A stretch of 64,000 nt of DNA, from the NCBI GenBank assembly GCA_965655095.1, contig OZ296651.1, forward strand, positions 35,588,001-35,652,000, read 5' to 3'. Made by a program: the position numbers and the translations under genes. Under the pieces are notes generated by a model. That model had not been told where the DNA came from and made no database searches. It was given only the letters and a program-made list of their open reading frames with translations. This stretch comes from Haplodiscus bocki (Eukaryota). This document shows positions 26,201 through 39,634 of the stretch, one piece after another; the stretch's first letter is position 1; the number at the start of each line of letters is the position of its first letter.

Positions 26201-27894
26201 CGCTCTACTAAATATTTTGTATCTTATTTTTATTGTTATATAAACCAAAAGTTAGCTGAGGCCACTGGCTACCATATATTTTTTAATCATTTACAAAGTT
26301 TTTTAATTCCTATTTGGTAGAGGAGACAATGTTCAGCTGGCTGGGAATTGAAAACCAATGTGCACATGGTAAAAAACGCTAATTTTAAGTCCCTTCTTTC
26401 GTTTTTTTATGTACTCCGTATTCCACTAGCAATCATTCGTCTGGCTTCGTAACGTAGTGGTGCAACCGCGCAGTGCGAACTAGTCTGTCGTAGAATATCT
26501 GCAAGGTTTCAAAGGCATTGACCGGCAAACTTGGACAGTATTGAAAAGTTTTGAGGAGTTTTATGGTCCTTTCTGATTGAGAAAAACTCCATTCAAGCCA
26601 TTTAGACGACGCTTTCCAATATCGGGTTCAAGTCCCAAAAGCATATAAGAGACCCGGCTTTAATCGTTTGCAGTCGAATAGAGTATCCAATTGAAAAATC
26701 TTCAGCGGCAATCGAATAAATGTTTTTCCGAAATTCCTTCCTATCTTAAGCAAGGAAGCTTTCTTGGACACATGTGTATCTAAAACCATGGGAGGGGAGA
26801 CGCGTTCTAGTATTTGCCCAGGAATGCGTTGCTCCACACAAACTGCTGTAATTGAGAGTGGTACAGATAGAGATGACACGTCGTTCTTCCGAAGCTGACA
26901 TCATCTGACTGTTGGATTACCAGCAAGCAGCGCAAGCTCCAAAGGTGACTATAATTCAAAGTTCAAAGGTACGGATTATGTCATTCATCTGCAATGCTAA
27001 TATTTCAGCCCACTGGTTCGGGTTCATGTGTCTTTTGTGCGCGTATCCGTTCTTAGGCTTCACGTAGACGAGGGTGAAATTATTGTGTTCCTTGATGAAC
27101 CATTTAGTAAAATCTGCCATGAGTGCCTTTTAGACCCTCTGGGGAATGTGCCGGTTGGCTTGACGCCGTCTGCCTAGTATGACATACAACTCTGTCGGTC
27201 TCGCCAGACATAGAGCTTTGAGAGATTCCGCTGATGCAGTTTCTCACTAGTTGGCTCCGAAGAGGTTGACAGACTCTCTAACGTCCCATGTCGTAACGCA
27301 TAAAAAATCGCGAGAATATCCATAGACCCCAATTGTAGTAGGAGATCCTAGTGAGCTCCCGCAAAATCGTTGGTTGTATTACAGGTTTGATGGATATTTT
27401 CCAGGTTTTTCAGACAGTTGACTAACACTAGAATTGCTGATCAATGGATGTTCCCAAATAATTCATTGCGTTCCTACACGAAGTCCAGGCATTTAGAAGA
27501 CTAAGATTTTTGTTACATGCCATTGTCATTTGTTTGATCAACACTGGATTATTCTCGGAATTTCCGCTCATGAGTAGATCTGTTTCCGGTAGCTTCCACA
27601 TGACGTGCAATCCCACAATCGAAGGCATTTGTTCAGTAGTTTTTGACGCCTCGATGTAACGTTTTTGTAGAATTACTTCTCACTGGCGTTATTCATACCA
27701 CAAAAGAGTCCACGCCAAGAATTAGTACTGGTTCTTTGTGTTCCAGGTTCATTTTTTCATTTCTTGGTTTAGTTGTAGTGAGCAGATTCGAGAGCAGGAT
27801 TCTCAAAATGACACTCTTCTGTCAAAAGTGTTATCTCACAGAGGAATGCAGTTTCTTTCGGATCCACTCGTTGCCAGAAGAGTTGCTGTTGGGT

Positions 27895-28257
27895 CCCTAG
27901 ATTTACGGAAATGAAATCCTTACAAGGATCTTCTAAGAACCTTGAAGGAGTTTCAAGGATGATGCATCCTCTTTAAAGGGAACTTTCAAGGTCCTTACAA
28001 AAATATGGATTCCGTCTAAGATCCTTGGAAAAGCTAGTTTTCCCATGCAAGGTCCTTGCAAGGATCTGAGCAGCAATTTATAAACCTTAATGTATCTTGG
28101 AAGGAGTCAATTAGCTCACAAGATCCTTGCAAGGAATATCTGGTCTTCCAAGGATCATTGAAGGAATTTATGGACTATCGAGGATCTTCAGAGGAATCTC
28201 TCAAATCCAAGGATCTTGCGAGATCCTTACAAGGAATGTATAATTCACAGTCTAGGG
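27895..28257. mobile_element. MITE-like element built from CAAGGATC / CCTTGCAAGG short repeats
   Basis: Ends are CCCTAGA...TCTAGGG with subterminal ATCCTTACAAGGA copies and many internal AAGGATC/GATCCTT motifs. TSD is ambiguous (GT or GGTC). Confidence 0.5.
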
Positions 28258-29028
28258 GTCCTATATTTTCTAAGGAAAGCTTTGATCAAACAGCTGGTTT
28301 AGAGTTTGTGGGACTACAAACTCCAGGGGTGAGGGCTTCAGTTATAAAAACTTTGGTATCGAAAGATATTGTAGGGTCAGGGTTCCAGCACTCTGGAGCA
28401 ACTGGTAATCTCACCTCGTACCGTATTGGTTTGTCAACGTCTATGTATAGAATATCACCACTTGACGTAGAGTATTCAGTGGGTCTAGTTCGGGAAAAAA
28501 GTATCCAATGAATGTTTTCAGGTTTGTCAAATCAAACATGATAATTACAGTAATCGCCCATTTCGCCAAACTTGATAAAGTGTATTCATCACTTTTCGTA
28601 TTTCGTGGTCTTGTGATCTTGCGAGCGTTTGGTTTTGGTTGAGTTAAAAGGTGAGTGGAACTTTTAGCTCCAAAAAAGAAGGAACATTTTCGGCTTCAAA
28701 AAGCGATATGACACCCTAAAAGCGGAACAATCGGAACTTCATCAATTGATCCACTTTCATCTTCGAGCAAAAACTAACTCAATGACTCCATCTTCCAGCC
28801 TGGTTCAGTTACTGCGGTTATAAGGGTGGAGTTTAAGTCTTTCCAACGCAAACTTTTTAACGGTTGGATAACTTTCACCACCTACGGTCCTGGTGAGTTT
28901 AGGTTACAGTTACAGTGCCCGGTCGGATGCGGTGTGAAAATCCAGACTAAGTCGCCGACTATGTGGAGAAAGGAAACCCGGATTTTCGTCCATATGCTTT
29001 TTTGTTTTTATGAGGTTGTAGTTCGGAT

Positions 29029-29104
29029 GGGGGGTAAATCCAACCTCACCTCCTCGTGGTACCCCCTGGGAGACAGTGTTGCCAACACTGTCTAACGAAC
29101 GAGG
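29029..29104 (+). ncRNA. HDV-like self-cleaving ribozyme at the RTE 5' end
   Basis: P1 GGGGGGU/ACCCCCU with G1-U wobble; P2 CCUC/GAGG; P3 ACC/GGU; L3 UCCUCGU; J1/4 GGG; P4 perfect 10-bp hairpin AGACAGUGUU/AACACUGUCU; J4/2 AACGAA with candidate catalytic C at 29096. Confidence 0.88.
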
Positions 29105-29156
29105 CTCTGGCTGTGGAAGGCAATAGCAAACCACGACAGTATCCTGCTAAGAAACC

Positions 29157-32100
29157 ATGAAGTTCAATATAGTAAATCAAAAAAACGACGTTAACGTAGC
29201 CCAAAGGGGAGACGCGTCCGGTATGGATTGCATCACCAGGCAGGGTGCACCAGATCGTCACCATGCTACTGCCAAGATGGAAGAGCAGAAGAAAAAGAAG
29301 AATGTGTTCAAAATCGCAACATGGAACGTGAGAACACTGTTACAGCATGGAAACTTGGAAAACGTGAAAAAGGAAATGGATCGTTTGAAATTCGATATCC
29401 TCGGAATATCAGAAATGCGTTGGAAAGGAAGTGGACGTATTCAAACCGACGACCACACTGGCATTTTCTCCGGCTCAGAAAACAGAAGCGAGATGGGAGT
29501 TGGATTGATTTTTAACAAAAAGTGGTCAAAGAAGTTGACCGGATTTTGGCCGATTTCTGAACGAGTCCTTCTGGCCAAATTATCGACCGCGCCAATGCCA
29601 ATGAATATTGCCCAAGTGTATGCTCCGACAGCAACATCAACAGATAGTGAGATCGAGGCATTTTACGATGATGTCAAAACAGCCATTAACAAATGCAAAT
29701 CCAGAGATATCACAATGGTCATTGGTGACTGGAATGCGAAAGTAGGCAACAAAGAGTCCTGTAGTGCCGTTGGACCTTTCGGACTGGATGAAAGAAACGA
29801 AAGAGGTGACAGATTTATTGAATGGTGCGAGGATCACAAGATGGTCATCAGTAACACATGGTTCCAAAATAGAAAAAGTAGATTGTATACATGGCGAAGC
29901 GCTGGTGATCGTACAAGAAACCAAATCGATTATATATGTGTGAATGAAAGATGGAGAAATTCCATCCTGGACTGCAAAACGTACCCTGGGGCGGACATCG
30001 GAAGTGATCACAATCCAGTTGTTGCAAAGGTGAGAGTGATTTTGAAGAAGACAAAAGCAGCTGAATTGAGACGCAGGAGGGATTATTAGTCTATTGATCC
30101 TGCTACCAGACATGGAATAAAACACTATGGAGGACAGATATGGACACACGAAGATCGAGAAACGAAAGAAACCACATGGGAGAAATTCAAACGTGTTTGT
30201 CATCTAGTAGATGAAAAATTTGTGCCTGTACGTAAACAACACAAAAACGGGTGGATCACTGAAGAGAACCTAGAATTAATGGAAAAACGAAGGACAGTTA
30301 AATTTGATGACAGAAGATACAAAGAAATAGACCGCATTATTAAACGAAAATGTATGGAGGAAAAAATGAAGTATTATGACGCGCAATGTAGGATTGACTG
30401 AAAAATATATGCCAAGAGATCACCATCAAAGAATACAACAAGTAACTGGTAAGAAATGGAAAAATTGAAAGGATTCTAACGTGTTAAAGGATAAAGAAGG
30501 AAACATCATGATTGAAAAAGATCAAATTATTGAATGATGGAGAGAATATATTGAAGAACTGTATAGTGACGATGAACGACTGCAAGAAACGATAAAGTTC
30601 GAGGGCGAATTGACTGGTAATAAAATTGAAAAAGATGAAATAGTGAAAGCAATGAATACAATGAAGACGGACAAAGCGATTGGAAATGATGAAATACCTG
30701 TCGAAACGATCAAAAATCTGGGCAACACTGGTTTAGATATGCTACAGAAACTATTTAACGAGGTAAATGAAAGTGGAAAATGGGATAATGAGATGATGGA
30801 ATCAACGTTTATACCGTTACCAAAGAAACCAAAGGCAATTGACTGTAGTAACTTCAGGACTATTAGCATAATGAATCACTCGACGAAAATATTATTGCGA
30901 ATCATCATAAATAGAGTGAAAAATGCCATTCATGCAGAAGTCAATGAATGCCAGTACGGCTTCATGCCGGATAAAGGAACTCGAAACGCCGTGTATGTAC
31001 TCAACCGGATCGCAGAAAGAAGTAAACAAGTACAGAAAAAGGTGTTTTGCTGCTTTATTGATTACACAAAGGCGTTCGACCGAGTCCAACACAACATTTT
31101 ATTTGAGATTTTGAGTGATCTAGACGTTAACGACAAAGATATCCGACTACTGCACAACCTTTAATTCGGACAGAAAGCGAATATCCGAGTCTCTAGTGCG
31201 AAGTCGGAAAATGTGGATATAAAGAAGGGAGTGAGACAAGGATGCGTTGCATCGCCAGATCTATTCTCATTATATTCGGAGGTGATAATGAGAGCAAAAG
31301 ACAGAGAAAATGGAGTCAACATCGGAGGCCATAATATAACTAATATCCGATTCGCAGACGATACAGTTTTAACAGCAAATACCGCAGACGATCTACAGAT
31401 TCTACTGGAAAAAACCAACGCGAAATGTAGAAAGTTTGGAATGGAGATAAATACGAAAAAAACGGTCATCATGGTACTAAACGGAGATGGAAAAATGAAA
31501 ACAGAGATCAAACTAAATGGTGAAGTTCTTAAAGAAGTGGAAAAATTCAAATACCTGGGAAGCTGGATAACGACTAATGGAGGACACATGACTGATATTA
31601 AATGTCGAATTGCCGAAACGAAAATAGCTTTTGCGGACATGAAGAATATACTAGCTAATCTTAAAATGCCGTTTGACTTGCGATAACGAATTTTGAATTG
31701 TTATGTCATGCCTATATTTCTGTACGGATGTGAAAATTGGATATTGAACCAACAACAAATTAAAAGACTGGAAGCGACCGAAATGTGGTTTATACGGAGA
31801 ATGCAAAAGATCAGCTGGAAAGAAAAGAAGACAAACGAACAGGTACTCAGAGAAACTATTGGAAAATGAAAATTAATACAAAAAATTGTGCAGCGACAAG
31901 TGTCATTTTTTGGACACGTTATGAGAAAAGGACAACTGGAAAACATCGTAACAACAGCAAAAATAAATGGAAAACGGAGGAGAGGAAAACCATCGATACA
32001 GTATATGGATCAATTTAAAAAATGGACCCAGCAAGAATCCATCGAGAGCCTGATGTCGAAAATTTACGAACGGACTTTATTGGTTGCCCAAGTCTATTGA
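29157..32100 (+). pseudogene. RTE ORF: APE endonuclease (29157-30089) plus reverse transcriptase, with frameshifts and stops
   Basis: APE motifs ATWNVRTL, ILGISE, YAPT, GDWNAKVG, IDY, SDH. RT motifs FRTISI, QYGF, FIDYTKAFD, GVRQGC..SP.LF, FADD, FKYLGS. Lesions at ~30089, ~30390-30540, 31162, 31684 and ~31868. Confidence 0.95.
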
Positions 32101-32558
32101 CAAGGCACGCAAAGAAGAAGAAGAAGTTCGGATACTTTGTGTTGTTTCTTCTCGGGAGAAACTAAGTATTCTAGTGATTACTGAATCTGTGGGAGAGACA
32201 TTTGGGAGAGAAGTATCCGAAATATATCTTTTGTTCGTCAGGTTCTATTTTTATACAGAATTGTGTCCGTTTTCACAAGAACAGTTGTGTTTTTAAATCT
32301 TTTCACTTCGGCCTTGTGCCGGTCGTTGTCGCAGATTTATTGAAGACAGATTTTGGCCCTTCACAAAGGAAAATTTTAGAAGTGAAAAACAAGTGTCGAA
32401 CGTAACTCGCCTGTATACAGTGTTGTGTCAAAAGTAGGTACCTCTTTCAAATTAAACATATGTTAGAGTTCCGTGCCACAGAAGCCAATTCTTTATCATC
32501 CTCCAGTCGCAGATGTCTTGGACGGTGTCATTATTATTTTTCGCAGTATATGTAATAT

Positions 32559-33713
32559 ACAAGAAAAGTTATTCATTCAGTAGGGTCGTTTTTCTTTTTT
32601 TTCAGACCAAAACTGCCAACTCTTTTTATTCAAAAATAAATGATAGCAGTGGGGTTAGGACAACAAGGTTCTCAAGTGGTAAGTTCGGGGTTCGACTCCC
32701 TCTTATGTCAAACTTTTTTACGATTTATCCTTAACAGTTTTTGATACCCGAATTAGTGAAACACTAAAGGGTTCCTTTACGAAGTTTTTCGGCATTGCGA
32801 GACAAAAAATTTTCGACGGAAAATCGCGATACTCGCTCCCCCCTCTTATCCAAAATTTTTTGATACCCGAAATTAGTGAAAAACTAAAGCATTCCCCTAC
32901 GAAGTTTTTCGATACTGTGAGACAACAACTTTTCTATAGAAAATCGTGATATGCCCCCTCTTATCCATAAATATTTTTCGATACCAGAAAACTTCCGGAA
33001 AACAGAATAGTTCTTTTACAAAGCTTTTCGTTTCGATCCTGTGAGACAAAAAATTTCGACAAAACCAAGATGCCCCCCTCCTATGCATGAAAATTTTCAA
33101 TAAAAGAATTTTTCTGAAGCACCAAAGTGTTCTCCATTGAAATATTTTGGTACAGTGAGACAAAAACATCGACGGAAAATCGTGATGTCCCCCCCTCTTA
33201 TCCATAAAATATTTTTCCCTACCAGAAATTTTCTGAAACACAGAATGGTTCCCTGGCGAAGTTTTTTCGGTCCCGTGAGATGAAAAAATTTTCGACAAAA
33301 TTGTGAAGCTTCCCCCCACCTTTGCTTGAAAATTTTCGATACCAGAATTCTTTAGAAACACCGAAAGGTTCTCCTACGAATTTTATCGGCACTGTGTGAC
33401 AAAGTTTTTTCAACGGAGTTTAGTGATATCCCCTTCTTATGTATAAAATTTTTCCTTACCCGAAATTTTCTGATTCACCGAAGTGTTCCCCAACGAAATT
33501 TTTCGGTATTGTGAGACAAAAAATTTTGAACGAAAAGTCGTGATACCCCCCTCTTTCGCATAGAAGATAGAAATCAGTGGTGGAATTGGTGTTTGTAGAA
33601 AAGTTTCGCAAACCAGATTTTACACAGTAGTCTCGTTTTTAACTGGGCAAATATGTTGATCAAAATATTTGTATTCCTGCGAACAATATGCCGGTGCTAG
33701 CCGGCCGTCTTGT
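32559..33713 (+). mobile_element. Non-autonomous element with an internal ~115-bp tandem array; Helentron/DINE-like ends
   Basis: ACAAGA at the 5' end and TCTTGT at the 3' end. Hairpin GCCGG-TGCTAG-CCGGC (33690-33705) just before the end. tRNA B-box-like GGTTCGACTCC at ~32689. Confidence 0.45.
32735..33560 (+). repeat. Tandem array of about 7 diverged ~115-bp units
   Basis: Recurring GATACCCGAAA...ACGAAGTTTTTCG...GTGAGACAAAAAATTTTCGAC...AAAATCGTGAT...CCCCCCTCTTAT. Confidence 0.9.
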
Positions 33714-33923
33714 TAAAGTTACAATCAGTTCGGTACAAAGATCAACTGTGACAAGATTGTAGGTATTTCTTTCTCTTGTTCTCGTACATTCAGAAAATCC
33801 ATTGCAATAAAAATTATCAGTTGGTTAGAATTAATGAGCCTCTGGGGAATTTGGTGAGCATAGTGGTTTTGCAAGCAACCAATAAAGATGATAAAGATGA
33901 TTGCCAAGTAGGTATATGTGTTC

Positions 33924-36900
33924 TGTAATTCAGTAGCGGCACACGGTGAACTCCATTAATCCGGTTATGTAACCGTAACGAAAAAAAAGTAGCCACAGAA
34001 AACTAATTATAGAAACTTTTTTATGTGTATGTCGGTAAACAGCAATTTGTTTCATTGATCCGAACATTGTAATTCATTAAACCAAAGAAAACTCTAACAG
34101 TGCATTTAGATGTGAGAAACTCATACGTTTTTACCTCTTTCACTGGAATAGAACATGGCACGGCCAGCAAGATTGCTTATTACAACTTTTACCGAAAAAA
34201 ACAATAATACCGAGAATTTATCAAGTACAATTAATTATTACCACACCGAAAGAAAATAACCGAAGACAGAATACAGATACCCAGCTTCAACCAGAAACAA
34301 ACGGATGGAAAAAACTATATTTACCGACAATAGTAAGAACGATTCACGCAATATACAAAAATGAAAAACAATTTAGACTTCGGGCCACCAATCAATGAAG
34401 GAACAATCACCGAAACCAAAAAAAAACACAAAAGAAAAGAAAACACCACAAGGATGTCTTTGAGCTTTGGCAGCCGATGCAACTCATCAAATAACACGAT
34501 CCGAATACCGAACCGAACCAGAGAAAATTGAAAATGACAAAATATTTAAACTATATAACAGAAATATTACTTGCCGAAAAGAAACAAACCCACTAACGAG
34601 GAGATTTTTTTCTGGGCGGAGGACCAGCGGGAGAATATATCTGAATTTTCCGGACTTCAGCATCAAGTTACTCATATCCAAACTTAAAACGTCAATTACC
34701 GACAAAAAATGCCGGGACAAATTGTTGAAAGAAAAAGATTTAGACCTACAGTAAATAGTTGAACAAATACAAGAAAAAACATACGATAGAAATAACAAAA
34801 AGGACACTATACCGCAATCACTAATATGAAACTGAGATAAAGAAATCAAAGAAGAACCTATACACAACATAACATAAATTGGAAAGTACGGTACAAGACC
34901 GAATGAAAGACCAAAAAACGAAAATGCAGTTTTTGTAACGCACCAAATTGGAAACCCAACCACAAATGCCCATTCCAGGAGTTGAAATTCCATAAATGTA
35001 ACAAGGAAGAGCACTTCTCGCAAATTTCCAGGTTTGAACAGCGAAGGCAAAAAGAAAATAAATATTACGGAACTCGACGGGTCTGAGGAAAGTGATACCA
35101 ACCAGTCGATAAACATAGTAGCCAAAAAAGAAAACGTAATTGACCGAAGAAATCACATTACCGTGACAAAAAAAATTAAGGAACGAAAAAACAAGTATTC
35201 TGGAAACTGGATCACCGGTTACAGTAACACCACGGGACAATGAATTAATGAAGAACAAGAAAATCGTAGCGATATCAAGAAAATGTCAAGACATCAAAAA
35301 AACGAAGTGATTATCTTCGGAATGATTACGGTATAAGCAGCGAAGAGACGAAAATGAAAGAAACTGAATTCACTCATTACCGAACAAAAAGACATAAAGG
35401 CATTGCTAGGCTTGGATTGGCAACAAGAATATATTTGCACGATACAAAGTATTGAAAATACGACAAACGCAACCAACCAATCGGAAGAGCATAGATAAAT
35501 ATCAAACTTTGGAAAATTATTGAAAACCAACCGATCAACAAAAGACACCGAGATTAGATAACGACTGAAACCGAGAAATCCCCAGGAAAAACAGAAAGCA
35601 AAACTTATAGCGTACTATCTACAGACCTACATTGAAAAAGAATTGAGCAATTTTTTAAAGTCTGGTAATCTACAGAAAATACAAAATGCAGAAGAAAAAA
35701 GCTGTTCATCTCCGCAAAGATTAAACGTGAAAAAGGACAAATCTTCAAAAAATGTACTGGACTCTAGAAAAATGATTGAGAGTTGTTGAAAATGATAGCA
35801 TACATGCCGATTATGGAGCAATTATGAAAACAAATATCAAAGGAAATAACAAGAGTACAGAATGAACCATTGGGGATATCAAAGACAGATCTGGAGTACA
35901 TGTGGCGAAAAAAAACTATTCGATAAAACAAGTACACAATGTCAATTCGCAGTTACAGGAGAGAACATGAACGGATAATACAGATTTGAAAAAAGATTTT
36001 GCGGTCTAAGGGCATCCTGACACTATTTCAAAAAAAAGACTGAAAATTAATTTATTAAGATTAATTGTGACGAGACGAGATAATATTGGTAGCAAACGGG
36101 AACAAAGAAAATCACAGTGCAAACTCACTGACAAAGTTTGAGAAACTTCGGGAAGCCGGATACAAAACGGAAGATCGGAAAACTTTTGTCACGGAAACAA
36201 TCTGGCTGGGACATCAAACTAACGAAAAAGCAACAAAGACGAATGAAGGAAAGATGAAAGCCATCCTACAGTCAAAACATCCAACATCAAATACAGAAAT
36301 AAAATTATTTCTCGGAACAATGCAATACTTTGCAAAAGTTCTACTGACTTTCGGAAAAAAGTGACCGAATAAAACAGGTTTTAAACAAGAAAACAGAACA
36401 AAAATCGACTCAAGAAAATTAGAAACTCCTAATGAAAAAAAGAGAGTTAACCAATGCGTCTTGTCATCTTGTCTAGTACACTTCACTAGAGATCCAAGTA
36501 CTATAGTAACAACCAATCCGGGTAAAATCGGAATCGGAAAAACTCTATGGCAAAGTAAGGCAACAAAGCAGTCCGACCAATAGCATTCACCCATAGATAT
36601 TTGAATGAGGCCCAGATGAGTTTTTCGGTCGGAGAGCGAGAAGTTTTAGCAGTAGTATGAGGATTAAAAACTTTTCGTTTCTGTTTGTGCGGTAAAGTAG
36701 TATACCTATATACCAACTACCAAGCTTTGGAATCATTATTTTAGCGCAACTGAGCCTAGCCACATTACAAGGCACGATTACCGAGATGGCTAGTTAGACT
36801 AGCACACTTGGATATTTCAATACAGAACATGCCCGGTAATATATTACAGATCGCGGACTATTTGAGTAGATAGTAAACTGCAAATCATCAACCGAGAAAA

Positions 36901-39634
36901 ATTACGAAGTAGAAGATGTCATTAAAAGTCTCAAGGGACTTTTTTTATAATACATTAAAAATACGGTCAACTGAAAAACATGGACAAAAAAATTCTGTCG
37001 ATCGACGAATCAAAGAACATTGCTTTTCTGAAGAACCGAAAACTGACCAGTGAAATTGATTCACCGTCGAAATTATTTTTGACGCCCAAACAAAAGATTT
37101 CACACGTGAAAGAACACAAATATTCAAATCTGTTAGTACGAATTTTAATCCGTTTGACAACGCTAACAACTTCGATTTCCCAAAATTGAAATTGGAGAAC
37201 AAATTTGCGTTTGATTATCATCACTAGTGAGCAAACGAAAAGGTCATGGTAATCATTAACAAAGAGACCAACCGCCCGAAACACTTCGGCTGGTGGAGAA
37301 ACGATAAGATATTACAAAAACTTTCGGTTCAAATTTGATAGCAAACTGAAAAGTTAGGGAACCGGGAAGTCCAGACACGAAAGAGAAAGACGGATTGGCA
37401 GCAATTGAGCTGGAACTGCTGTATAGAAACAACGAAAAGAACCAAAGGGGCGGAAGATTTTTTGAAATCAGTTAACCGACGGCAAACACAGGCAAAAAAA
37501 TATAAACAAGAGCTCGAAAAATGGTCGAGTACACAAAAAAGTGAGGTGGTGCAGCCAACGGCGATGTTTTGTACCGTAGATTTGAAAAATTACGATGAAG
37601 CAGAAAAGACGATACATTACATACAAATAAATCATATCTTTGGATAATCAAAGATGAAGGATGCCGAAGCAAAGGAAAATCTCCAGGAGGCCGAGTTCAA
37701 TTTCAAGGTTGATCTGAAGACTCTAATTCACAAAACTTCGGATGATCCGATACAATTACAAGTTAAGATATGTCTACACAACAATCAAAAGGAAGGAGAC
37801 CCCGAAGAATTTATTCTGGTTTCCAGTGAGCGTACTGAACGGTTCGGCTTTTTATTTGCTGGCGACAAAATTGTTGTCCCTGAAGAACTGGAGGAGCAAG
37901 TTGTTGAAAGACTACGGTTCGATCGAAAGCGGTGGCCAAAAGTAACATATTCTGGTGGTCCCGGATGAGAAAGTATATTGAAAACAAGTGTAGTACATGC
38001 ACTGGATGCACGAGTTCCAGTAGAAACTTACACTAACAAACACCGTCGACAGAAAAAATCAAACTACCAGTTTTGACCAAACCTGAAGAAGGAAAACAAT
38101 TTGATTTGTCCTGTGAACTACATAATGAACATGTATTTAGCGAACCGTGCATTTTTATTGGAATTGATTGCTAAAGTACATAACCCGCAGTTCGGGTATG
38201 TATATCCACCGAAGCGAAAGAATTCATCGCATTCCTGGAAAGTTTCATTCACCTACATGGAATCTCAGAGAAAAAAATCATACTGGGGTAGCTCTTTTAA
38301 ATCCCAAGACTAAAAAGAACTTCGTAAAAATGAAAACTTTGAAAAAGAATATAGTTCACTGAGGCTACAGGTGTTCGAACGTGTAATGCAAAGTCTAAAG
38401 AACCTGAATTTTGCTAACTTAGAAGATAAGATCGGTTTCACCGAGAACATAAATTGACTTTTGAGAGTGATGCGATTTATCATATTTACCGGACTCAAAT
38501 TAAGCCCATTTGAATTACACCACGGTAAAAAAAACTGAGAACTCAACTGACTAACATGGACACAACTAAATATTTCAGTACCGTCGAAACAGAAGTTATT
38601 TAACGTGAGAAAAGAGAAAAAGGAGATGACAGTCCACATCGTCATGGCGAGAAAAAGAAAGCTGCTTCGTTGCTCTTCTTCCAAGTCACTGAAGACGAGG
38701 CAGGTAAAGCCGGTTTCTGGAAACTTCCAATATCTATAAATTTTTCGGAGAATGATGAAAAAAAATTGTCGCAAGGGAAATATAAGGAATAGCCAAAAAT
38801 TGCCATTGACGGTACCGAACACACGCTCCGCACAACAGACAATAGAATTTTACATCGGAAACTAATATCAACACCGCCGCAAGAATTTCAGAAATCGCCA
38901 AACAAGGACATGTTGCCGAACAAACATCAACAGTGGGGACCGAGCGGAAAATATGTGAGCACTTCTGGGAAAGCACGAAACTGGAGGAATGCATAATTTC
39001 CGAGTCGAAATCGAATGCCCGAAAAGTAGAATCAGACGAAGAAGACAGTGATTTTTAATGTTACGATTAAGCCAGTGCACGTCGACGTTGATGAAGAATT
39101 TGCCGGAAGCAGCCAAGAAGATCAGACACCGGCACTATTACCGAACAGATCACAAGAAGTTGAAATAAACAACAACGGTGAGACAGTGACTGGGAATGGT
39201 AATATTGGTACACAGTTCTAACCGAACATTGAAACCACCGAAACCGTTGGGTGGTGTACCATTTTTCTAAACCTAAAATAATGAATAATTTAATTGTAGG
39301 ACCAACCAGAAAAGAACCACCGAGACCGAACCCGAGGCTGACGGCGATGGAAAAGATCGATTCGAATTAAGAATTAAGACCCCATGGAGGACATGTAATG
39401 ACTAGAAGGAGCGGAATGTCAAACGGTGAACTCTTTTAATCCAGTAATGTAACCGTAACGAAATGCAGTAGCCACAGAGAACTAATTATAGAAGCTTGTA
39501 TATGTGTATATCGGTAAACAACAATTCGTGTTGATGATCCGAACCTTGTATTTCATTATACCGACGAAAACTCTAACAGTGCATTCAGATTCTAAAAGTT
39601 ATTTCGTTTTTAACTCTTTCATTAGAATAGAACA
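33924..39634 (+). mobile_element. Decayed Ty3/Gypsy LTR retrotransposon, ~5.7 kb, with ~235-bp LTRs (33924-34155 and 39394-39634)
   Basis: Diverged LTR pair TGTAAT...GAATAGAACA sharing ATGTAACCGTAACGAAA and GTAGCCACAG. TGG PBS at 34156. Gag knuckle-like CSFCNAPNWKPNHKC (~34925); RT WLGH/LFLGTMQY; RNase H RPIAF..EREVLAVV and ADYLSR; integrase-like IVVPEEL..CSTC. No intact ORF. Confidence 0.85.

Larger units (their letters stand above)
29029..32124 (+). mobile_element. Full-length RTE-clade LINE (disabled), 9-bp TSD AGTTCGGAT, (AAG)n tail
   Basis: TSD at 29020-29028 and 32125-32133. The 5' UTR motif GAAGGCAATAGCAAACCAC...AGTATCCTGCTAAGAAACCATG resembles the RTE/BovB 5' core. Single APE+RT ORF followed by a very short 3' UTR and AAG repeats. 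Confidence 0.93.

Noticed and set aside
29637-31946. Minus-strand ORFs within the RTE (also 34487-35125 in the decayed Gypsy)
   Set aside because: Antisense shadows of A-rich coding strands.
32642-32705. tRNA gene
   Set aside because: A B-box is present but no acceptor stem or full cloverleaf can be folded.
32735-33560. CRISPR-like array
   Set aside because: Whole units are homologous with no unique spacers, there are no cas genes, and the context is eukaryotic.
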